Below, piece by piece: positions 23,401 through 36,626 of a DNA stretch of 64,000 nucleotides. The stretch is taken from assembly GCA_977017645.1 (NCBI GenBank), contig OZ360242.1, positions 18,166,001 through 18,230,000 of the forward strand, given 5' to 3'. The position numbers were made by a program, and so were the translations under genes. The number at the start of each line of letters is the position of its first letter. The first letter of the stretch is position 1. This DNA is from Torpedo marmorata (taxonomy: Eukaryota). The notes beneath the pieces are model-generated. The model ran no database searches. It worked only from the letters and a program-made list of their open reading frames with translations, and was not told the DNA's origin.

Positions 23401-23670
23401 TTGGTTTAAGGATTTGAAGATCTCCGGATATTGGATTGGACTGGCGAACCTGTGTTCCACAATAAAATTAGTTTATAGTTGTTCTTTTTAGATTGACATT
23501 CTCCTTACTTTATCTTTTTCTTCTTTCTTTCTTTCTTTTCGGGAGGGTTAGGGAGGGGAGGGAGGGAGGGAGGGAGGGGGGGTGAAAATGTATCACATGT
23601 AATTTGATAATTTTACATTTTAAACTATGTACTGTGTGATTTAAAAATTTTAAATAAAATATTTTAAAAA
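20489..23670 (+). mobile_element. L1-clade LINE, 5'-truncated, AT-rich ORF2 (RT and C-terminal Cys motif), with a nested insertion
   Basis: AEKAFD, RQGCPLSP, LFADD, IKYLGI, CFRC..HSTWFC. G-rich 3'UTR tract at 23541-23582, AATAAA and A tail. TSD AA(A/C)GTTTTGAGTC at 20476-20488 and 23671-23683. Confidence 0.93.
22176..22432 (+). mobile_element. 3'UTR-only fragment of a different L1-type element, inserted into the L1 ORF2
   Basis: 13-bp TSD AGAAATATGGAAT (22163-22175, 22433-22445). T-rich then G-rich tract, AATAAA, poly(A). Absent from the sister copy near 40550. Confidence 0.85.
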
Positions 23671-23785
23671 AACGTTTTGAGTCGAGACCCTGCATCAAAG
23701 GCAGTTTATCCTTCACTATATCTAATTACAAAAGATTCAGCAATGACTTTTGGAGGATGCACATGATGGCCTGTACATCTTGGCC

Positions 23786-25030
23786 TGTACTCATTGGAAT
23801 TTAGGAGAATGAGGGAGGATCTCATTGAAATATTTTGAATTTTGAAAAGGCATGGGCAGAGTAGATGTCGAAAGGTTGTTTCCCATGGTGGGAGAGTCTA
23901 GGACCAGAGGGCAAAACTTCAGGATTGAAGGGTGTCCACTTAGAACAGAAAGATGCAGAGGAATTTCTTCAGTCAGAGGGTGGTAAATCTGTGGAATTTG
24001 TTGCCACAGGCAGTTGTGGAGGCCGTCATTGGGTGTATTTAAGGCAGAGATTGATACGTTCTCGATTAGCCAGGTCATTCAAAGGTTATGTGGAGAAGGC
24101 CAGACAAGATCTAGATTTCAAGATTTCAAGATTCAATTTATTGTCATAGTAATAAGACAGTGTCATATTCCATGAAATTTCTTTTTTCCTGCTGCAAGGC
24201 AGACAGATTCGCTACCGGCAGAAATTGCCTAAGCGCCTCTAACATTCCTTACAGTCAGAGAAAGAGAAGCAAAAGAGAGTCCCCCCAGAGTCACCGAGTG
24301 TCCGTAGATTCGCCTCCACTGCTTCCGCAGCCACACAGAGTCCAGTCCAAATCATGGCAACCCGAGCTCCAGATCCGAACCTCCGACACGGTCAGAGCGC
24401 CCTCGGCACCCCCTCGCATCCTGGTTCTGATACCTGGTACTCCTCCAGCCAGTTCGAGCCAGCCTCCAGCAGTCTGCAGCCCGGCGTGAGTCCCCCGACA
24501 GCAGTCTCCAGCAGCCCACAGCCTCCGCGGGTTCCTCGCCTCGAGTTGCCAGCATGCACTGGTCCTTCAGCCTCAGAGCCCCTCACTGGTCCGCCGCCAT
24601 GGTCACCGTCCTGTGGGTCGTCTCCTCCGCTTCTCCTTCTCAGACGGGGGGTGATCTTCCCGTCCTCTGGTGCCCTGCTCCAGTCCTCCGCTTCCCCTCG
24701 TGGCTTCTGCCAGTTAAAAGGCGCTGCCATCTTGGGCGCAGACGTGCCCGTGGTCACGGGATCGTAAATAAAACCACCGTCGGCTCCCTCAACGGGCCGT
24801 TCAAAGCCCGTGCGGAACTGACGGCAGTTGACTGGGCGGTTGGACCCCGCGGGAGCGCTGTATCTCCGCTCCTACGCTCCCCGCGGGTCCGCACCAGCTG
24901 CAGCGCTGCCGGTACAGCGGCTCCGGCAGCGCCGCCATGATTCCCAATAGGGCTGATTCAATGGCAGGGCGGACTCGATGGGCTGAATACCCTATTTCTG
25001 CTCCTACGTCTTGTGGTTCTACGGTCTTAT
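23786..25030 (+). mobile_element. CR1/HER1-like LINE 3' fragment, split by the GC-rich retroposon at 24105-24945
   Basis: LYSLEFRRMREDLIE codons. The tail GACTCGATGGGCTGAAT resumes after 24945. Confidence 0.8.
24105..24945 (-). mobile_element. GC-rich non-coding retroposon, copy A
   Basis: Colinear with 55812-56667. Ends in ATGACAATAAATTGAATCTTGA(A) repeats. Confidence 0.8.
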
Positions 25031-25482
25031 GTGATCTATACAGTAAATGAGCAACCAACTTGTCTGAGCCGTTACATAGTTATGGTTAATTTACTCTAAG
25101 GATCAGACTCTGCTCCGTACTTGGGGAGGCAGGAACTGAAAAATATAATAATAGGATAAAAATCCATTCATCCAAACAAGAAGGGACAACAGGAGATGTT
25201 CATCCACACTGGTATCTCATGCTTGATATTTTGTACTGTTTTGGCGAACCTCTTGAAAGGGAACAATGAATGACAGGCAATGGAAGATTTATTTCTTAAG
25301 ACAAGCTTTGTTGCTGTTCATCAACATGTGCTTCAGTGCCCTCCGAAACAGCTGTTTATTAACATCTGTGGATATTTCAATATAATTGAAATGTACTGCC
25401 ATTTAACTAATATGTTTTCGGCTTTTCCTTCGATCTACTCTGCTCCTGCCCTGAAGCAAGAATATGTACTGAAGAGATTTAA

Positions 25483-25729
25483 ATTTAAATTTAGACATAC
25501 AGCACAGTAACAGGCCCTTTCAGCCCACGAGCCCCTGCCGCCCAATTACACCCAATTAACCTACAACCCCTGGTACATTTTTGAACAGTGGGAGGAAACC
25601 AGAGCACCTGGAGGAAACCCACGCAGACACAGGGAGAATGTAGCAACTCCTTACAGATAGCGCCGGATTCGAACCCCGGTTGCTGGCGCTGTAACAAGTG
25701 TTGCGCTGACTGCGACACTAACCGTGCCG
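25483..25729 (-). mobile_element. V-SINE/HE1-like SINE
   Basis: B box GGTTCGAATCC on the minus strand, V-domain, CR1-like tail. Confidence 0.85.
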
Positions 25730-26428
25730 TCTGATGTTCAGGTCGTGAAATCCTATTTGATTTTCAGCTTTATGTTCTCAGTCTGAACAGTGAGGACAGT
25801 ATAGAACTATTGTCACCACCTACAACTAATTCAACAGTTTTTTTCGAGTTTGTGTAGCATATTGCCCTGATCTACTTGGACCCCCCAGGAGATATCATTA
25901 CATTTGGAGTTAGAAATGTAAAGCTTCATTTGGTGCTTCTTTGTTGACATTCTCAGGGCCATTGTCAACATTTCTCAGGCTCAGTGTTGATATGAAGGAC
26001 ACAATGGTTTCAATAAAATGGAATTGGAAAGCAGCAAAGAGAAAACTAGATCGAAGGGTCAAACCAATTGTCAGCAAAGTTGGAGCGGGATTAATAATCT
26101 CCCTTGTATCCACAATTTGTATCATAAATAATATACGGAAACACAACATAGCCTTTCATTCATGGCATTCTTAGTGATAGAATACTCAAGAATACATAAT
26201 GCACAAAGATGTCAGCTGTGACTTCAATGGCAGCAGTTTCATCAATAGATGTTGCTCCCAAGTCCCAATTCCGAAACTTCAAATAAAAACGTAGGCTAAA
26301 ATTCCTTTGCGGTGTTGCAAGATTGCTGCAGTGTAAAACAATGTTGTTCTTGACGTCTGTCCTTCAGGATGATGTAATTGATCACATATAGTTATTTTGG
26401 ATTCATACAAATTAGGAGGAGGATTATA

Positions 26429-26737
26429 CCCCTTTTACACAGACGATTCAAGCCGGGTATCATCCGCCTTTCAAGCGCTTCACCTAGCTGTGTGAATGCA
26501 TTGAAGGCAGATTGGGGGGTATGAACTTACCTGGCTTTAATTCGCCAAGGTAGGTAGTGTCAGAGGCGAAGCGGGGCTGTACTACACGTCCTGTCTCTTT
26601 TGCTTCGGGAAGCCGGCTTGCTGTGTAAAAGGACTCACCGACCCAGCTTTTTTCTGTTCTGTGTGAACAAGCAAGCCGGCTTCCAGAGACGGGTCGTGTA
26701 TATGGCAATAACGTGGCTTTTCAGTGTAAAAATAGCT
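26429..26737. mobile_element. Possible Harbinger-type MITE
   Basis: Imperfect terminal inverted repeats (..TTTTACACAG / CAGTGTAAAA..) and internal repeated AAGCCGG and CTGTGTGAA motifs. TSD not clear. Confidence 0.4.
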
Positions 26738-26834
26738 TTATTAGACAATTGGTCCCTCGAGCCTGCTTTACTATTTAGGGGTGGCTCTACCTTTCTGGCA
26801 CATCTCCAGATCCATTGAACCTTAACGCTGAGTG

Positions 26835-27170
26835 GGCCAGTGGCATAACCAGTAGAGTTGCTGCATCACAGCTCCAGTGATCCACGTTCAATTCTGACCT
26901 CTGGTGTTACCTATGCATGTTCTCCCTGTGATCACTTGTGTTTCACATGGGGTGCTCTGTTTTCCTTCCACATCCAAAAACAACGTGGTTATTAGGCTAA
27001 TTGACCATGTAAATTGCCCCTTGTGTGCAAGTGACTGGTAGAATCTGGGAGGAGTTGATTGCAACGTGGAGAGAATAGCATGGGATTAGTGTATATGGGT
27101 CCTTGATGGTTGGCAGTGGACTCAATGGGCCAAAGGGTCTATTTCTGTAATGGATTATTCTATGGCTCTA
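26835..27170 (+). mobile_element. Older, diverged V-SINE
   Basis: tRNA-like head (GTGGCATAACCAGTAG..GTTCAATTC), TGCATGTTCTCCCTGTG..TTTCCTTCCACATCC core, CR1-like tail. Confidence 0.7.
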
Positions 27171-27587
27171 TCGAAAAATCAATTGATCTCTATTTTGAAT
27201 TAACTCCATGAATGAACTCTCTGGGGTGAAGAATTCCAAATATTCACTACCCTCTGCGTTAAAAAAAAAAGCTCCTAATCTCACTCTGAAATAACCTATC
27301 CCTGATTCTGAGACTGCAATCCCTGGCTCAAGATCCCTCAACTACAGGAAATTATTTTCCCAACATCCAGCATTTTGAGCTTTGCAAGAATTTTGGAATT
27401 TTCAATGAGATTTCTTATCCTTCAAGCTTATTCTACCCAATCTTTTCTCAAACAGCAAACCCACCGGCCCTAGGAACCAGACAAATGCATCTTCATTGCA
27501 CTCCCTCTATGGCAAGTTTATCCTTTCTTAGGTAAGAAGCACTGTACAAAATACTCCAGGTGTAATCTCCAGCAAGCTCCCATATCA

Positions 27588-27948
27588 TGAGAGGAATAGA
27601 TTGGGTGAATGCACAGAGTCTTTTACCCAGAGCAGGGGGATCAGTAACCAGAGGACATAGGTTTAAGGTCGTGGGGTGGGGGGGGGGGTGGTGGGGGAGA
27701 GATTTAATAAGAACATGAGGGTTTTACACAGAGGGTGGTGTATGGAAGGGGCTGCCAGACGAGGTGGTTGAGACAGGTACTATTGCATCGTTTAAAAAAA
27801 CATTTGCACAGATACATATATAAGATGTGTTTAGAGGGACATGGGCCAAACTCAGGCAGGAGGAACTAGTATAGGTGGGGCATTTTGGTCAGTGTGGGCA
27901 GGTTGGGGGGAAGGGCCTGTTTCCAAGCTGTATGACTCTGTGACTCTA
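27588..27948 (+). mobile_element. CR1-like LINE 3' fragment, inside an older minus-strand CR1 relic (about 27180-28020)
   Basis: TRGHRFKV codons and a GAAGGGCCTGTTTCC..CTGTATGACTCT tail. Confidence 0.7.
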
Positions 27949-28248
27949 ATTGCAGTAAGACATCTTTCTTCATATCTTCTCATAATAAAGGCTGCCATAC
28001 TATTTGCCTTCTTAATCACTTGCGGCCCCCAACTTTTCCAGCCAATATTTACCCTCCAAACAACATCACGAAAACAAATCACCTCATCATTACCACACTG
28101 CAGATTGTGGGAGCTTCCTGTGTCCACATTGCCTTACATTACAATAGCGGACCACACTTCAAAATTACCTATTAAGTGCTTTGGATAAACCAGACAACAG
28201 AAAAAAGCCCTTTTTAAAAATACAGACTTTCCTTGGAAGTACATTACT

Positions 28249-29229
28249 TCAGAATCAGAATTTATTGTCATGAACAAGTCATGAAATTCGGTGTTTGCGG
28301 CAGCATCATAGTGCAATTAACATTCATATTAACCATCTAACAACATTTCTATTAAAAATATATATATATATAAAAATAATAGTGCACGAAAAGTAAGGCA
28401 TTGGTTCATTGATTATTCAGGAATCTGATGGCAGCGGGGAAGAAGCTGTCCTTGTCCCGTTGAGTGCTCGTCTTTAGGCTCGTGTAGCTTTTTCCCGATG
28501 GTAGCAGAGTGAAGAGGGCATGGCCTGGGTGGTGGAGGTTTTTGAGGATAGAGGCTGCTTTTTTAAGACACCGCCTCATGTAGATGTCCTATATGGAGTG
28601 AAGTCTGGTGCCTGTGATGTCACAGGCCGAGTTAACAACCCTCTGGAGTTTATTCTTGTCCTGAAAGTTGGTGCCTCCATACCAGGCAGTGATGCAACCA
28701 GCCAGAATGCTCTCCACGGTACACCTGTAGAAGTTTACGAGATTCTTCGGTGACATACCGAATCTCCTCAGACATTTCACAAAGTATAGCCGCTGGCGAG
28801 CCTTCTTTGTGATTGCATCAACGTGGAGGCTCCAGGACAGATCCTCGGATATGTTGACACCCAGGAATTTGAAGTTCTTGACCCTCTCCACTACTGAGCC
28901 CTCAATGAGGACTGGGTCATGTTCCCCTGACTTCGTCCTGAAGTCCACAATCATCTCCTTGGTTTTGCTGACGTTGAGCGCAAGGTTGTTGTCGTTACAC
29001 CATTCAATGAGCTGATCTATCTCCCTCCTGTACGCTTCCTCATTGCCGTTTGTGATTTGCCGAAAACTGTGGTGTCATCGGCAAACTTGTCGAAGGCAAT
29101 GGAATTGTGCCTGGCCACACAGTCATGGGTGTATAACGAGTAGAGCAGTGGGCTAAGCACGCATCCTTGGGGTTCGCCCGTGTTGATAATCAGTGAGGAG
29201 GAGACGTTGTTTCCAATTCGTACTGACTG
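28249..29229 (-). mobile_element. Rex1/Babar-like LINE, 5'-truncated RT fragment
   Basis: PQGCVLSPLLYSLYTHDC, KFADDTTV, MIVDFR, FKFLGV, KKARQRLYF. Tail ATGACAATAAATTCTGATTCTGA. Confidence 0.88.
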
Positions 29230-29759
29230 TATTAAATGGAAAGGCAATAAATAATGTATAAAAGTTTACAAAATTCCGTGAAGACCATTATCAAAGTAGT
29301 CTACAAGTTCTCCTGGTGACAAAACAGACTGGCCAGTGTTTATCTAGTTCTTAGTTTCTGTCCAATCATTGAACTGTGCTGATCTCAGTCACTGACAAAA
29401 CCCTGGCTCTTTTGCTTGACTGATAAATCAGTTACAAATCCAATTCCTAAACGTGGAAGGTGCGCACATGTGTGAATGCTGTCTTGGAATGGAAGCAAGA
29501 TCAATAGCGATGCCCATCATGGACAATTTACTATCCCATCCAATGCATGAATATCATTTAAATGGACACCGTAATGGAGGCCAACTAACAATTGTAGGAA
29601 GTGATGAGTACCGTTAAAAGAGGCAGAAAAATTCAAACTACATGGTATTAACATCACCACTGCAACTCAAAAGAAGGCTAGAATTCTATTAGTTTGTAGG
29701 TTCCATTATATTAAGGACTTTCCAATTTATCACATGTTTTATCATTGAATTTATAAACT

Positions 29760-30485
29760 TACTGTACACCCTCACGTGGTACATGTAATGTGCACAATTT
29801 CATACACACTGTGCATACTTGTTATGATACAATTCCATATATCATACTCACTGTGTATATTCACCATTGCATAGTCCCACACGAGGCATTCATGTACACA
29901 ATTCTGTTGTGATTCAGCACCTTAGAGTACATTCAGTGTGTGATCACTGTGGTATTTACTGGGCACACTCACTGTCAGACACAATGTGCACTCCCTCTTG
30001 TTGTGACAGTCCCATAGACCACAATCACTGTGCTTAATCTCACTGACATGCAATGGTATACTCACTGTTCATATTCTTGTTCAGGCACAATCTTATACTC
30101 TTTCTTCACTTGGTACACTCACTCTCACACGAGTCCACAGTGAATGTTCACCATGCATATTTTATTACCTTTCTGCAGGCACATTCACTGTCAAATGCCC
30201 CACAGTCACTATCACATAGAAGAACTCTGTATTTTCATGAAGTACACACATAGGGTAATATAGTCCCACACTGAATAATCCCAGTCATAAAATTCCACAA
30301 TGCACAGTTAGTACACACTCTCACATACTGTCACAAAGTCCAATATTTCACATTCACCCTGCACACCTGATGTTAATCCAGTTACCAGGAGAACTATATA
30401 CACAGTGTTACACAAAGCGCCACTTCACAAGCATTGTGAACACTTACTGTAACATAGTCCCATGCAGGACATTCACTGTGCATAC
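29760..30485. repeat. Degenerate CA-rich low-complexity tract (continues at 36627-37371 and 43428-43705)
   Basis: Recurrent CACTGT/CACAC/TCACACT words and G depletion on the + strand. Confidence 0.65.
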
Positions 30486-33400
30486 TGTTACAAACTCAAA
30501 CCAGCAACAACAGAAGATGCAAAATACAGTCCCAAAAGTACAGTCCACAAAAGTCACTCTCTATGTCCAGGGTCCAAATTCAGCTCTGTGTGCTGGCATG
30601 AAGGACTTCTTAATGAGGGTTGCTGTTCAAATCAGTGTTCCACTGACGAAGGCGTGTACGTGGATCTCACAGCTCGTCTAGCTGATCTCACGCCTGTTAT
30701 CCACGAAAGTTGCTTTAAATCAGTATTTTGCTGATAAAGGAGGCCATGTGCTCTTCTCCATAGCCTTTCTAGCTGGAATGCACAGGCCTCTGTTTTTGCT
30801 GTTCTATCTCCAGCCTTTGCAACTCCACTGACTGCTTTTGCAGAGTTTTGCACCTGCTTTTGCAAAAGTGCAACAAAGAATATTTTTTTTACAGCCTGTC
30901 TCTCTCTCTATGTGTGTCTCTCTCTGAGCACAGCCAGCCCTGGGCAAGTTAACTCTTTCAGTACCTGGTCCCAGTGTGTACTCAAAAGACTTCATCCTTC
31001 CTGCTGACCATCCACAGTCCAAATAGTCAGATATGGTCCACAACACCTCCCACATAAAAAGAAAATTTTGGTGAGCAAGAACAAAATTTTGGAAATTAAT
31101 TGAGGTTTCACAATATAAACAAAACCCACAATGTTCATCCACAAACAAAAAAAATGAACTATTTTCATTTATAAAGTTTAGTATCTAGAAAGACAATCAG
31201 CGATTACATTATCCTTCCCTTTTATATGTGTTATCATTAAATAATATTCTTGCAAAATTAGAATCCAATTTAACAACCGTCGATTCTTATTTTTCATTTT
31301 ACAAAAAAAAACCAATGGATTATGGTCAGTATACACTATGAGTGGTTTTGAGCTGTACAGATATACACATCAAAGTGTTGTAGAGCCAACACAAGAGCTA
31401 ACAATTCTTTTTCTATGGTTGAATAATTCTTTTGATGATCATTGAACTTCTTCGGTCAATGTCCTCTGCGTTCTTCCTCTGTAACAGCACAGCACCCACA
31501 GCTTCATCGCTGGCATCCACGGCTAAAGAAAATGGCTTTTCTAAATCAGGTGACTTAAGCACAGGTTAGTGGCATAAAATGGTTTTCAATTTGACAAATG
31601 CTTTCTGACAACCTGTCGACCATACAAATTTTTCTCCCTTTCGAAGTTTTTACAGAACTTGCGATAGTAGCCAATCATTCCCAGGAACCTCCTCAGAGTT
31701 TTCTTACCAGTTGGAACAGGGAACTCGGAAATAGTCACAACCTTTGCCTCTACTGGCGCCAACTGCCCCTGTCCTACAACATAACCCAGATAAATAACAG
31801 TCGCATGTCCAAACTCACTTTTACTTAAATTAACTGTGAGATTTGCTTTTGACAGTCGTTTGAACAATTGGTTTAACTCAAAGACATGCTCTTCCCAAGT
31901 GTCACTACTTACAATTAAATCAATGTAAGCACCTGTGTTCTTCAACCCTTGAATTACTGATCATTCTCTGAAATGTTCCTGGAGCATTCTTCATCCCAAA
32001 AGGCATAACATTATACTCATACAGCCAAAAAGGTGTTACAAATGCAGAAATCTCCCTACCCCTTTTTGTCAAAGGAACACACCAGTACCCTTTCAATAAG
32101 TCAATTTTAGTAAGAAATTTGGCCTTCCCCACCTTGTCTATACAATCGTCTATTCTAGGAATAGGATAAGCATCTGCCTTTGTCACAGCATTTACTTTCC
32201 TATAATCAGTGCAAAACCTAACCGTTCCATCAGGCTTAGGCACTAAAACACAAGGTGAACTCCAATTGGAAGTAGACTTTCGAATGATACTGTTCTTTAA
32301 CATGTAGTCAATTTCCTGATCTACCAGTTTGCACTTATCTGCATTGATTCGATATGGATGCTGTTCTATAGGTCTTGCATTTTCTACATCCACATCATGA
32401 TAAGCTATGGAAATTTTCTGAGGCACAGCGGGAAATTAATTTATAAATTAAAAAAAATAACTGACTCATCTCTTCCTTTTCGGAAGTTTTGAGATGAGCC
32501 AACTTTGTCTCCAGATTGTGCAAAATCATGGAATTTTCTAACCTCAGGCTTATCAATTTCTGTGTCCCATGACCCTCTCTGAAACTGGTTTTATCTGTCT
32601 CCTCCTTACCCTGGTCGATAATCAGCACCTCTGGTAAATGTTCAGTCTCTTTGTGCGGCACCTGTTTAAAATATGGCTTAATCATATTCACATGACAGAC
32701 TTGTGTGTCTCGTCTGCGATTAGGTGTTTCTATGACATAGGTGACCTCATTAATTTTTGACAACTCTATAGGGTCCTGAAAATCTAGCCCTAAGGGGATT
32801 TGAATGTGTGGGAAACAGAACTAATTCGTTCTCACCAGGTTTAAAAGTTCTCATCATGGCCTTTCGATCATACCAAACCTTCATTCTCTGTTGAGTGGCC
32901 TTTAAAGTCTCCTTTACCATCTCACAAGCTTTATGCAACCGATCCTTAAATTTGGATCCATAATCCAACACATTTAAATGCACATCACTATTAATCCATT
33001 AATCTTTTAATAACCTTAAAGGACCTCTCACCTCATGTCTGAAAACTAACTCGAATGGACTATAACCAAGTGATTCTTGGACAGACTCCCTCGCTGCAAA
33101 TAACAACAAATGAACCCCCTCATCCCAATCCTTTTCATTCTCACAACAAGAAGTTCTAATCATGTTTTTTAAAGTCGAATGGAACATCTCTAAGGCCCCT
33201 TGACTTTCTGGATGGTACGCAGTGGATACAATCTGTTTAACTCCCAGTCTATCAACCACTTGTTGAAATACGCCTGACATGAAATTACTACCCTGATCTG
33301 ATTGAATTTCCCTCGGCAAACCTACCAAGGTGAAAAACTTTACCATAGCCTTTACAATTGCCTTTGCTTTAATGTTTCTCAGAGGCCTCCGGAAATCTGG

Positions 33401-35898
33401 TGGCTGCACACATAATTGTTAACAAATACTCTTTCCCTGCTTTGGTTTTGGGCAATGGGCCAACACTGTCCACAATCACTCTCGAGAAAGGTGACCACCT
33501 AAGGGTGTGCTATGAGCCAAAGTTATTATTTCATCCTTATATACTTTAGGGATCACAACCTGCTGCACTACTGCCCATTCATCACTGGCAGGAACATCAC
33601 ATGGTCTCCACTTTCTCATCAACACCCCATCTTTTTCATAATAACCCATTGGCACCTTCTTAATCTCCTCTTCAGAGAGAACCTTATCCCTCACCTCAGC
33701 AAGATCAGGATCCTCCTTTTGCCTTGCTATTAGCTCCTAACGGGATAGTGACAAATCTGTGCCTTTAGGTGTCTTATCAGTGTATGGGTATAACACAGGA
33801 GATTTATCAACCTTTTCCAGGTGTTTTTGATTATCACCGACTTTTTCTTTCACCAATTCATTTTCCACTGCCTTCTCTAGTGACATTTTTCTTAGACATG
33901 GCCCTGGTTATGGCACATGCTGGATAAATATCAGAGTCCTTCTCTGACTTATCAATGACTGGCATAGTGGTCATTTGCACTTCAGGAACTACTTTACGCT
34001 CAGCCAAGTCATTGCCTAGCAACAGTGAGACTCCTTCTACTGGTAACTCTGATCTCACCCCTATTATTACAGCTCCTTCCACCAAGGCTGAGTTCAACAC
34101 TATTTTGTGCAAAGGAATGCACTCAACATCACCCCCAATTCCTTTAATTAAATTCATTTCACCGGTGTCAGTGGCTTCACAAAATTCCAAGACACTATCT
34201 TACACAAGTGACTGAGCAGCTCCAGTATCTCGCAAGATTTTCACTGGAACTTGCTTTGAATCTGCCTTAACTGAAACAGAACCATCAGTAAATTTATCTC
34301 CTTCCTGGGTGTTATGTCTCTTCTCACTCTGAATACAAGCATTAGGTGTTGCATCCTTTTCTCTCTTCTTTTTCAACACAGGACAGCTTGCTAGCATATG
34401 ACCAGCCTTCCTACAGTCGTGGCAAATGGGACCCGAAGGGTTTTCCTTTTTCCTCTCCCCTTCATCTCTTCCCTTAACACCACTTCCAAATTTACTTTCC
34501 ACTTGATTGGGATTATCCACAGTGCCCTTTTGGAATATTCTGCCTGACATCTACTTAGGCTTGTGGGTTAAAGCATATTCATCTGCTAACTTAGCTGAAT
34601 CTTGCCAAGTTTTCACCTCCTTTTCATCTAAGTATGCCTTAATATTCTCAGGAACACATCTTTTTATCTCCTCAATTAGTATCAATTCTCTCAATTGATT
34701 GTAATCATTGTTTACCGCCTTAGATGTGCACCACCGGTCAAAACACACAACCTTTTCACAGGCAAACTCTGTATAAGATTGGGTTGCTGATCTTTTTAAA
34801 TTTCTAAACTTCTGTCTATAAGCCTCTGGAACTAACTCATAAGCCTGGAGTATAGCCTTTTCCACCGTTTCATAATCAGCAGCTTGCTCCGTGGTAAGAG
34901 CAGAATAAGCTTGCTGAGCTTTCCCTTTAATTACACTTTGTAACGTAAGAGACCATTGGTCTTGCGGCCATTTTAATTTCACAGCCACCTTTTCAAAATG
35001 CTGGAAGTATTTATCTATTTCTGCCTCCTCAAATGGAGGAACCAACCTAACTTCTCTACTGGCCAAAAACCTCTCAACAGGATCATGAATTTGATCTTGG
35101 GGTTCTTCTTGTCTCCTCTCATTTTCCAATTTAATCTTTTCCAGCTGATGTTGCCTAATTTTCTCCTCATTCTCTAAGTCTCATCTCTTTTGTTCTCTGG
35201 CTGCCTCCAAGTCTAATCTCTTTTATTACAATTCCAATTTCTTCAATTCCAACTGTGTGTTCTCAGAAGGTTTACCCTTGATAAACTGCTCTAACATGCT
35301 CTCCTCAAACTTTTTTCCTTTTATATAGTATTTGGCAATTTTTCTCCCAATCTCCGCCTTTTTCATTGTTGGTTTTACAGAAGCAATGCTCAACACTGTT
35401 GCTATAGCCACTAACTGTTCCTTTTTAGCCTTTTTCAAGGCATCAGGTTTGGGTGATTCCAAAAAAATGTCTACATCCATTGTTGCTGGTTTATGTTACA
35501 CACACACTACCTTTTAATTAGATTTACAAAAGGAATGACTTAAACCAGACTGGAATTCCTTCAATTACCAAGCTGGAGCTTCACTCAAACTAAGCCAATT
35601 GATCTCCAATCAATCAACCTCTAAGCTCCCAAATTTGTTTTGATCCCAAATTTGTTTGGATCCCGGACGATTTATCACCAATCAATCAACCCCTAAGTTC
35701 CTAAATTTGTTGCGATCTTGGACGAGCCCCCAATTTGTTACAAACTCAAACCAGCAACAACAGAAGACGCAATGCAAAGGGGTTAAAATTTAAATTTATA
35801 TTTATTAAAGACAATTCAATATATAACTTCTTAATGATTAACCCCACTATAAATGTCTATAACAACTATTCAGTTATCAAATACTTATCTAAAGTGTA

Positions 35899-35935
<37 letters not shown>

Positions 35936-36626
35936 GCCCAGACCATTACAGTCTGTGCCCAACCCTCATGTAAAATGGAAAACCTTCCCCAAAACCCCAG
36001 GTCAGTCATAAAAATAAGTCAGTCCTAAAAATACAGTCCACAAAAGTCACTCTCTATGTCCAGGGTCCAAATTCAGCTCTGTGTGCTGGCATGAAGGACT
36101 TCTTAATGAAGGTTGGAGAGAGAGACACTGACTGTTTTAAGCTTATGAATACTTGGTCTGCTATATCCTTCCGATGACTTTCCTTTTGTAGGTCCACGAG
36201 GGTTGCTGTTCAAATCAGTGTTCCACTGATGAAGGCGTGTACTTGGAACTCACAGCCAGTCTAGCTGATCTCACGCCTGTTATCCACGAAAGTTGCTTTA
36301 AATCAGTATTTTACTGATAAAGGAGGCCATGTGCTCTTCTCCACAGCCTTTCTAGCTGGAATGCACAAGCCTCTGTTTTTGCTGTTCTCTCTCTAGCCTT
36401 TGCAACTCCACTGACTGCTTTTGCAGAGTTTTGCACCTGCTTTTCCAAAAGTGCAACAAAGTATATTTTTCACAGCCTATCTCTCTCTCTTTGTGTGTCT
36501 CTCTCTGAGCACAGCCAGCCCTGGGCAAGTTAACTCTTTCAGTATCTGGTCCCAGTGTGTACTCAAAAGACGTCATCCTTCCTGCTGACCGTCCGCAGTC
36601 CAAATGGTCAGTCATGGTCCATAACA
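30486..36626 (-). mobile_element. Gmr1-like Ty3/Gypsy LTR retrotransposon 'element 3' (PR-IN-RT-RH order), degraded
   Basis: LTRs at 35736-36626 (5') and 30486-31045 (3', internally deleted). 4-bp TSD ATAC (30482-30485, 36627-36630). Gag 35480-34551, ILRDTGA protease near 34230, integrase 33700-32750 (SDQGSNF, GPY) lying upstream of RT 32426-31600. Confidence 0.93.
35715..35732 (-). promoter_or_regulatory. tRNA-Pro primer-binding site of element 3
   Basis: TGGGGGCTCGTCCAAGAT, 3 nt from the LTR. 16/18 match to the canonical Pro PBS TGGGGGCTCGTCCGGGAT. Confidence 0.85.

Noticed and set aside
4534-30000. GRIFIN or other known LFNG-neighbour exons
   Set aside because: I found no galectin-like or otherwise recognisable translation by eye.
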